The notes beneath the pieces are model-generated. The model saw only the letters and a list, made by a program, of their open reading frames with translations, was not told where the DNA came from and did no database searches. From Macrostomum lignano (Eukaryota): DNA of 64,000 nucleotides. Made by a program: the position numbers and the translations under genes. Below are positions 54,155-64,000 of the stretch, piece after piece (position 1 is the first letter of the stretch; every line of letters starts with the position of its first letter). The stretch lies in contig NIVC01000532.1 of assembly GCA_002269645.1 (NCBI GenBank), forward strand, positions 248,001-312,000, written 5' to 3'.

Positions 54155-55620
54155 GCCACATTGTGTTTCCTTGGCGCCAAAGTGTTTCAGTGGCGCCAAA
54201 TTGTGTTTCAGTGGCGCCAAATTGTTTCAGTGGCGCCAAATTGTGTTTAGTGGCGCCAAATTTTGTTTCCTTGGCGCCAACCAAATAGTGTGTCTGTGTC
54301 TCAGTGGCGCCAAATTGTGTGTTTTAATGGTGCCAAACAGTGTGTTTCAGTAGCGCCAGCAGTGTGTTTCATTGGCGCCAAATTGTGTTTAGAGGCGCCA
54401 AATTGTGTTTCCTTGGCGCCAAATTGTGTTTCATTGGCGCCAAATTGTGTGTTTTAATGGTGCCAAACAGTGTGTTTCAGTAGCGCCAGCAGTGTGTTTC
54501 ATTGGCGCCAAAATGTGTTTCATTGGCGCCAAATTGTGTGTTTTAAGGGCGCCAAACAGTGTTTCAGTGGCGCCAAACAGTATTTCAGTAGCGCCAAATT
54601 GTGTTTCAGCGGCGTCAAATTGTGTGTTTCAGTGGCGCCAAATTGTGTGTTTTAAGGGCGCCAAACAGTGTTTCAGTGGCGCCAAACAGTATTTCAGTGG
54701 CGCCAAATTGTGTGTTTCAGTGGCGCCAAACAGTGTTTCAGTGGCGCCAAACAGTATTTCAGTAGCGCCAAATTGTGTTTCAGCGGCGTCAAGTTGTGTG
54801 TTCCAGTGGCGCCAAATTGTGTTTAGTGGCGCCAAACTGTGTGTTTCAGTGGCGCCAAACAGTGTTTCAGTGGCGCCAAACTGTGTGTTTCAGTGGCGCC
54901 AAACAGTGTTTCAGTGGCGCCAAACTGTGTGTTTCAGTGGCGCCAAACAGTGTTTCAGTGGCGCCAAACTGTGTGTTTCAGTGGCGCCAGCAGTGTGTTT
55001 CATTGGCGCCAAAATGTGTTTCATTGGCGCCAAATTGTGTGTTTTAAGGGCGCCAAACAGTGTTTCAGTGGCGCCAAACAGTATTTCAGTAGCGCCAAAT
55101 TGTGTTTCAGCGGCGTCAAATTGTGTGTTTCAGTGGCGCCAAATTGTGTGTTTTAAGGGCGCCAAACAGTGTTTCAGTGGCGCCAAACAGTATTTCAGTG
55201 GCGCCAAATTGTGTGTTTCAGTGGCGCCAAACAGTGTTTCAGTGGCGCCAAACAGTATTTCAGTAGCGCCAAATTGTGTTTCAGCGGCGTCAATTTGTGT
55301 GTTCCAGTGGCGCCAAATTGTGTTTAGTGGCGCCAAACTGTGTGTTTCAGTGGCGCCAAACAGTGTTTCAGTGGCGCCAAACTGTGTGTTTCAGTGGCGC
55401 CAAACAGTGTTTCAGTGGTGCCAAACAGTGTTTCAGTGGCGCCAAACAGTGTTTCAGTGGTGCCAAACAGTGTTTCAGTGGCGCCAAACAGTGTTTCAGT
55501 GGCGCCAAACAGTGTGTTTCAGTGGCGCCAAATTTTGTTTCAGTCGCGCCAAATTGTGTTTCAGTGGCGTCAAGTTGTGTGTTTCAGTGGCGCCAAGTTG
55601 TGTGTTTCAGTGGCGCCCGA
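54155..55620 (+). repeat. About 21-23-bp minisatellite (GTGTTTCAGTGGCGCCAAAY) with 501-bp higher-order duplication
   Basis: Tandem periodicity; paired near-identical ORFs are offset by exactly 501 (54629/55130, 54775/55276, 54839/55340). Confidence 0.93.
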
Positions 55621-56624
55621 ATTGTGTTTTATCGGATAAAGTCGATAATGTAATATCCGTATCTACTCAGCTCAGAAGAACTGGAAAATAGCTGAAAATT
55701 ACACTTAACCACTTATAGCTTAGCGAGCCATTTTTCGCTTAACTGCTGACAAAAATTCCAAGAAACAGGCTGAGAAAATAATCAAATTCAAACAAGTTGA
55801 ATTGCGAGCAGAGAGAAGACTGATCAGCGATTCCTATCTGTTCTACCCAGCAACTGCGAGACCGCCTCTCGAGTGCCAATAAACCCCAGGTTGGCTAGCA
55901 AAGTGCATAAGACCAACACTGATCTTTCCATTTTGCGAACAAGTGAAAATTATAAACCTTTTTTGTTTTCTTCCCAATGGCAGAAGTAATAATTTGGGGA
56001 GATGATTTTCAAAAGGAATGTTGTGCCAGCCCGCCGGGTTACTTCAGTGCTTCGTGTTTTGCTGCTTCTAGGAAGTTATTGGAAAGTAGTTGACTCGCCC
56101 CCCATGAGGGAGCGGCAGAGGCTGACAGGGGAACCGGGGCTTCTGCAGTGATGCAGGTTACCGCTGCTGTCAAATAGACTGACTGTTCCTGTCTTTTAGA
56201 AGATACTTTTTTCCCGGCATGGATTCAAACTAGCAAGGCTTTGCCGTGGGTTAGCGGCTGTGGGGTTGAACTAAAGGGCTGGTAGATCAGGTTGATACTA
56301 CTGTCAGGTTGTTTGGGTGAGTAGTCAACACTGAGTTTTAAAAACGAAAGTAAATGGCTTCTGTTAAATTTGCCTGTAATTCTCTATGTAAATCCCACTA
56401 CATTATGTATTTGCCTATATACCTATCCATAATTCCCCTGCCGGCATGTAATTCCCTCTGCCTCTGATTCCCTGCTGGACTGTAATTCTCTTTTCCTGTT
56501 CATAATTCAGAAAGACGGACAAGCAAACAGACACAGAAAGACAGATGAAAGGGCAGAAGGAATTTCCTTCAGGCAAAAGGAATCACGAGAAGTCTATAGA
56601 GGGAATTACAGGCAGAAAGAGAGT

Positions 56625-57072
<448 letters not shown>

Positions 57073-57740
57073 TCTCTTTTCTCTTCGTCAAGTTTCTCTG
57101 CGGCCAATATTGATCGGCATTGACTGGTCAAGTTTCCCAATTCCTGGGGCAGGGCTGGGAAGCAGCGGTGGTCCCGTCCTGCTCCCTACAAGCCACCAGC
57201 GCCCTGCCCTCCTCGAGCCACTCGCAGAAAATAATTTTGGAAGCTCTGCATCGACGGCATTCGATATTTTTTCTCCTGGCGGGGCTCGGACACCCGCCCG
57301 GCCGGCCGGGACTGACTGGCCGAGAAGGATGCGGGAGAAGAGAGTCGCAGCGGAGCACAGCATAGGTGGGATTTCCATCCCCTTGGGATCTTAGCCAATG
57401 ACGAGCAGCGGATGCCCGACTCAGGCAGCCAATGGCGGCGCAGAAGTGTGGCGAGCATTTCTAACCAGAAAAGTCGGGACGAGGCGCCCCAACTCGCTGA
57501 GCTCAAATCGACTGAGTAACTCCCTCCAGAGCGTTCGAAGCTTTCCCCGTCTTTGAGCGGATAAATCAATTTTTGTTCCCAGATTTTTTCGGTTCGGAAA
57601 GCCGATAGGCGGCATCAGGAGGCTCCGGAGAGACGCGGAAGAGAGGGATAATTCTCCCTTCAAACAGTAAAATCGAAGCACAGAGATCCGGGAAAACCCC
57701 CTCATCCCCCATCGGACACTCCTCGGTCCAGCCGGTCGCT

Positions 57741-58190
57741 ATGCTCGAGTCATCGGATTTCCGGCCGGACTCTTACCAGATCAATGGCCGGCTGAGTCCG
57801 CCCTATGGCATGGGCGTCAACTACGCAGCGCTGGGCCCGCTGTCCGGCCTGCCGCCTGCCATGACTTCAGCGGCCTGCTCGGCTGGCGGCGGCAACGGGC
57901 TGGACAAGTTCAACAACCAGACGGTGGCTCACGGGGCCAGCGGAGGCGGCAGCGGAGGCGGCTACAGCTTCCTGCACCAGCACGGCGGCAGCTGTGGCTA
58001 CGGCATGCAGGACATCAAGCCGTTCAACAGCCTGGAGATGAAGTCCTTCTCCGGCGGAATGTCGACCGCTGTTGGAAACGAGCTCAACAAATACTTGAGC
58101 ATTCCCGGGCCGATGGGGCCGGCACTGTCTCACGCGCAGAATCACATGAACGCGTATATGGCGTCCAATGCTTCATCCTACCAGCATCTT

Positions 58191-58222
<32 letters not shown>

Positions 58223-58755
58223 GCAACAACAGCAGCAACAGATCAACGGGGCCTACTATGGCCAAGAGTCTGAGCTCAAGTCCGATATGAAACCGCCGGC
58301 CGCTCTGTCGGCGAGCTACGCTCAGTTCCGCGGTATTCCGGAGTCGCATCTGCACTATTCGAGTTTCGGGGCGGCCTCCGCTGGAGGAGGCGGCGGCGGA
58401 GGCGGCAGCGGCGGCGGGGGTGGAGGCAGCGGCGGCGGAAGTTCCAACGGCGGAGGCGGCAGCGGCGGCGGCGGCGGCGGCGGCTCGCACCAAGTGTCGT
58501 CGGGAACAGCCGACATGGAGGAGATCAACACGAAGGACTTGGCGCACCGGATCAGCGCTGAGCTCAAGCGCTACAGCATTCCTCAGGCGGTGTTCGCCCA
58601 GCGAGTTCTGTGCCGCAGCCAGGGCACCCTGTCGGATCTTTTGCGCAATCCAAAGCCGTGGAGCAAGCTGAAGTCTGGCAGGGAGACCTTCAGGCGGATG
58701 TGGAAGTGGCTGCAGGAGCCCGAGTTCCAGCGCATGTCAGCGTTGAGACTAGCCG
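57741..58755 (+). CDS. onecut: Onecut/HNF6-class transcription factor, exon 1 with CUT domain (homeodomain exon not found in window)
   Basis: EEINTKDLAHRISAELKRYSIPQAVFAQRVLCRSQGTLSDLLRNPKPWSKLKSGRETFRRMWKWLQEPEFQRMSALRLA followed by a G|gtgagt donor at 58756. Poly-Q and poly-G tracts. Confidence 0.95.
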
Positions 58756-60669
58756 GTGAGTCAAAAGTTATTTCGCTTTGCGCCGCACTTATAAAAGACT
58801 TTGAAGCTTGTCTTCTGCCAATGATGAAACCTTGTCTGTCTTCTGTAGCTGAACCCCGGCCCGCTCCCACCTGCACACATCAATCTTGCATCATTTGCTC
58901 TTCCGTTCCTCTCCCCCCAGTCTCCTTTTGAAAGAACACAAAACTGGAGCTGCAGAGGCAGGTAAAGATGAACGCGGAACGCAAGTGAAGACAATGATGG
59001 CTTTGCTGGGGCGGAGGGGTGGGTAGCAAGGGGTAGCTGGGGCTAAGGAGCATGGGGGGATGAGCGTCTTGCACACTGCGGGGTAAATGCTTGCTTGCTT
59101 GTGGCAGATTTGCTTGAGGAGTCGGTCGGCTTGCCTTTGCTAGCTAAGAAAGGAAAGGGGAAGAGAGAGAGGGAGAGGACAGAGAGAAGTCTTGACGGCC
59201 TTCATATTAAGTGGGATGCGACTGGAGCCGAGGTGGAGGTGGAGACTCAAGCAGGGACCGAAGGGGTTTGGGTTTTGGGCCGTTAGGAGCAGTTTGGCAA
59301 ACAGCTGATGATGGAAGAGGGGGGGGGGAGGGCTTTATTTAATAGAAGGTGTTATATTTCTGCTCTCCACTCACGCCAACACGCGCTCTACACGCGCACT
59401 GGGTCCGCCACAGTTTTCAGTTCAAACTATTTGTTCAACACTTGTGTCAACGCCTTGCCGAAGGTTTTAATGTGTATGCGTAGATATATACATTTATTCT
59501 GTACATTGAGTGGGCAGAGTCTGTCTCAGATGCTTAAGTACGAATCCAGAATCTTTGCAGTATAAAATCTCCGAAATGTACAATAGAAAGATGCAATTCA
59601 GCCAAAGACTTTGCCAGCTCAAGTTTTAAATTGTCATTTGATTCTTACACGTGTTCCCTATAGAGGAAGCTGCTCCAACACCTGAGGCATTCCAGAACTT
59701 TGTCTCGTGTAGGCTTTAAACTTCCTTCATCTATACTATTGGCTTCTGCATTCAGCTGCAGGGGCCTGCCTGCCTGACTGACTGTTCCTCTTTTACAACA
59801 CAAAGTCTGACCTCTGCAAAGCCGCGCGCAGGCGTGTCTTTCTGCTTCAGAAAAGAAACTGGAGGCTATAGTTCCCTTCACTTTCTTTCTCACCTGGCTC
59901 CACTTCCCATTTCCTTGTCTTACTCATCCCGCCCAGTGGTATGAGCTCTCTGTAATTGTTGTCATTGCAGTTCTGGCATTTTCAAGACACTAACGCAGCC
60001 TCATGTTTAGATTTCACGGTCATAGGGGCCGCTGTACACCCCTGTGTGAGCATCCAAGACTGAGCAAATTAGTTCCTTCATTTGGGAATTAATCTGAGTA
60101 TCACCATTCTAATTTTTCATGCGACTTTACACAGAGACTCGATCGCCCTAAGGCGAGGTCTTAAAAGGCAGAGAAATTGTAAGCATCGAGCCACCCCGCG
60201 CTCCACTCGCCACTGCTATACTCCGGGCAAAAGCCTTCCGGCCGAGTGGTTTACATCCATCTGCACCTCCATTTAGAGGCTAAAGCTGTTCTCTCCCCTC
60301 CAGCTGCAGTCTTTTTTAATCATTCGTGTATTCCGCCAGCAGTCTCTTGTCTTCATACCAACCACAGTGACGGAGCCCGGAGCCCAGCCTCATAGGATGA
60401 GGATAGAGAGGCGCGGAAGACGCTAGTCGATAACCCACTTGAAGTGGGCTGACAATATTTGCCGTTGCGGGGGTACAGAGGCGATGGACAGGGGGCTGAG
60501 GCGGGATGAGCCTAATGCATATGATGAAGACTCTGAGCCTGCAGGAGCGTTACATGACCGATTATTCATATATTGAGTGCACCGCTTGGGTGTTAAACTG
60601 CTGCCTCTTCTCTCTGGTCACTCTCCTCTTGGAATGCGTTTTATGAATAATATTTCATATTTATTGCCA

Positions 60670-61380
60670 TCTCCCACCGGACTCTCTCCCTCAGGACTGT
60701 CTCCCACCGGACTCTCTCTCCATCGGACTCTCTCCCACTGGACTCTCTCCCACCGGACTCTCTCCCTCAGGACTGTCTCCCACCGAACTCTCTCCCATCG
60801 GACTCTCTCCCACCGGACTCTCTCCCTATAGACTGTCTCCCACTGGACTCTCTCCCTCAGGACTGTCTCCCACCGGACTCTCTCTCCATTGGACTCTCTC
60901 CCACCGGACTCTCTCCCACCGGACTCTCTCCCACTGGACTGTCTCCCACTGGACTCTCTCCCTCAGGACTGTCTCCCACCGGACTCTCTCTCCATCGGAC
61001 TCTCTCCCACCGGACTCTCTCCCACTGGACTCTCTCCCACCGGACTCTCTCCCTCAGGACTGTCTCCCACCGGACTCTCTCCCACCGGAATCTCTCCCTC
61101 AGGACTGTCTCCCACTGGACTCTCTCCCTCAGGACTGTCTCCCACCGAACTCTCTCCCATCGGACTCTCTCCCACCGGACTCTCTCCCTATAGACTGTCT
61201 CCCACTGGACTCTCTCCCTCAGGACTGTCTCCCACCGGACTCTCTCTCCATTGGACTCTCTCCCACCGGACTCTCTCCCACCGGACTCTCTCCCACTGGA
61301 CTGTCTCCCACTGGACTCTCTCCCTCAGGACTCTCTCCCACCGGACTCTCTCAGTCTGGACTCTCTCCCCCCGAACTCTC
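60670..61380 (+). repeat. 15-bp minisatellite (GGACTCTCTCCCACC), onecut intron
   Basis: Tandem periodicity. Confidence 0.95.
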
Positions 61381-62934
61381 CCTCTGGATCCCTACAGCTA
61401 CACACTCCTGCAAATGACATTAAGCCACAGTATCGTCAGACTCAATATTAGCAGAGGCAGTGCGGCCCGCAGTCGATTTGCGGAACCAGAGCCGATATTA
61501 TATTTGAGGAGAAAATGAGCTAGCCGATCTGACAACTGTCATTCAGAAATATTTTTATCAGCTCCGAACTCCTTCAGTCTGTCCAGAGTCTTAACTTCCC
61601 CTTTTTTCTGCTTCAAGATAACACCGGCAGCCTCCTCGCCCCCCTGGGGAGCGACAGTCAGCCAGCTGATATGAGGCTGATGGGGCAGCTCAGCCTCCCC
61701 TGTCCCTTCTCCTACCAAACTGTCACGCCTGACTGCAGCGTGAAGGACTCCCGACCAAAGATGAAGACCTCCCAGCCTCCCCTAAGTCATCCCTTACTTT
61801 CACCCTTTGCTCTCCTCCTTACTCTCTCTCTCTTTTCTCCCTTAATCCTCGTGGGACGATTTTAGTGAGTTAGCAGGGATGGCAGTGAAACGAAACAGTT
61901 AATTCAAACTTGATCTCTTGTTCACTTTGGTTGTGGGAAGCCCGCATTCAGTCAGGCCTCGTCTGTTTAGCTTCCTGTCGATTTTTAATATTTTAATATT
62001 GTACGAATTCAATAATTACTCAATCTAACTACACAGGCAGCTACAGCTAAGGGGATTATAGCTCAGTGTAACTAACAATCCCCCAGTATGTTGAGAGGCA
62101 AAATTATATCGAGTCGAATTTTAAGTCAAATTCAAACGTCATTTGCGCACACCGAACCCCCCGCATTACCGCAGAATTTGCCTCCCCCCGCTTAACACCT
62201 GCCTTCTTGCCTTCTCTCCTCTCCTCTCTCTTCTGTCTTCTCCTCTCTTCTCTTCTCTCCCACTCCTCCTGCTCAGCATAATTTCAACCAGCAACTGGAG
62301 GCCAAGAGCAGCAGAGGAAGCTTAGAAAACAAAAAAAGGAATCCAACCCCCCCCCCCTGCAGTGCGTCAGTTCAGCCTAGGGTTGGAAAACACGGGCTTA
62401 TGTGGTTCGAACTGACTGCGTGAGTTGGCAGTGCGCTTCGGCCTGTGCCTTCTGTGTTTCTGGCCCGACTCCGGCCGCTCTCTCTGCTCACTCCTCTCAC
62501 TGCAGTGCTGAGCCAGTATATGCTCATATTACATATCGCGACTGCAACAGTTGAATTTCAATTCAAACTAACCAAGCATTTTATATGGTCTCTAAGCTCT
62601 GTTTAGTAAAATAAGGACCGCTGAAGTTGGGAGTTGAAATTGGTGGACATAACTTCGTTGGAGCTCAGAACTGCACCGTGTTTCGGGGGGGGGGGGGTGA
62701 GGAAAGGGAGGACCCGGGAGAGAACAGGGGGTTTACCGCATGAGCCCGGCGCAACAACTTCCCAGTGGAAAGGACTTTTGAACTGCAGGCTGATTAAACA
62801 AGTTGGGCGGTTTTGGCGAAAATAATGGTGTGTGCGACAGTGCTGTGCCAAACTGCAGTGACAGAATTCACGTAGGTCACAGGTGAAACCAAACTGCCGC
62901 TTCCATGCGGGCTGAGACAGGGGTAGGGAGAGCT

Positions 62935-63540
62935 CAGCTCAGGGCTTTGAGACATCTGACACACATTATAAAACTGTCAGTACGGCTTTGAGGCATCTGA
63001 CACACATTATAAAACTGTCAGTAGGGCTTTGAGACATCTGACCCACATTATAAAACTGTCAGTAGGGCTTTGAGACATCTGACACACATTATAAAACTGT
63101 CAGTAGGGCTTTGAGGCATCTGACACAGATTATAAAACTGTCAGTAGGGCTTTGAGGCATCTGACACACATTATAAAACTGTCAGTAGGGCTTTGAGACA
63201 TCTGACACACATTATAAAATTGTCAGTAGGGCTTTGAGACATCTGACACAGATTATAAAACTGTCAGTAGAGCTTTGAGGCATCTGACACATATTATAAA
63301 ACTGTCAGTAGAGCATTGACGCATCTGACACATATTATAAAACTGTCAGTAGAGCTTTGAGGCATCTGACACAGATTATAAAACTGTCAGTAGGGCTTTG
63401 AGACATCTGACACAGATTATAAAACTGTCAGTAGGGCTTTGAGGCATCTGACACAGATTATAAAACTGTCAGTAGGGCTTTGAGACATCTGACACAGATT
63501 ATAAAACTGTCAGCACTGCTCTGAAGCATCTGACACATCT
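62935..63540 (+). repeat. 41-bp minisatellite, about 15 copies, onecut intron
   Basis: Unit CTGTCAGTAGGGCTTTGAGACATCTGACACACATTATAAAA. Confidence 0.96.
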
Positions 63541-64000
63541 GAAAAGCAAGAATTAAAAAATGCTAATTTACAAATAGAAAATGGAGGGCAAGTCGAACGC
63601 TGTGCTAGTGAAATCCTGAACTCACGGTCCGTTAGTTGCAGAAGATGTTAAAGGAAAAACTCAAGAGTTGAAGAACGAGTTTCTCTCCCCATTCTCTGCC
63701 TGATTATAGCTTTCGGAAACAAGCGGCTGCTTGATTGCTTTCAGCAGACCCGCCCAACTCCAACTCCAAACTGCAGCTTCAGCACGACTGATTTAAATTG
63801 CAACCATTTAGCAGCCGTCTGTCATTTTCTGCTTCTCAAAGATTGAAAATTTCTGCCCTAGGGGGCTGGGTTTGCCTTGACTTAGCGGTCGCTAGGGAAG
63901 TGGGTCCACCATCAGTCTGCCCAGACATTCAGAAAGGCCTAATTTCCAGTGCTTTCTGGCCTCTTCTGCCATCTTTTTGCCCGGAACTGGATGCTACTGA

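Noticed and set aside
62051-62083. GGGGATTATAGCTCAGTG, similar to a tRNA-Ala 5' end
   Set aside because: No anticodon arm or T-arm/B-box at the right spacing; only a 7-bp hairpin.

Overview
Eukaryotic (metazoan) genomic DNA with spliceosomal introns and GC3-rich exons. The gene set and minisatellite load suggest a free-living flatworm such as Macrostomum; this is inference, not proven. The window has two domains. (1) About 1-31 kb is gene-dense and transposon-rich. It holds a P-superfamily-like element encoding only a spliced THAP domain, a deleted DIRS/Ngaro retroelement, a C-type-lectin+PAN gene, a single-pass Ala/Pro/Lys-repeat protein joined through a GC-AG intron, a 4-exon 732-aa orphan gene, a divergent DEG/ENaC subunit, a Tc1-like deletion derivative, two tandem B-box/coiled-coil/NHL genes, several MITEs and an intronless GT32 glycosyltransferase. 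(2) About 32-64 kb holds four neural-type genes: G-alpha-o, a KChIP-like EF-hand protein, a calexcitin/SCP-like EF-hand protein and exon 1 of onecut. They are embedded in about 20 different micro/minisatellite arrays, which produce most of the long ORFs in the ORF track. All exon structures were spliced by hand and checked for phase. No database searches were possible, so family calls rest on recognised motifs. No CRISPR array, rRNA or intact tRNA was found.
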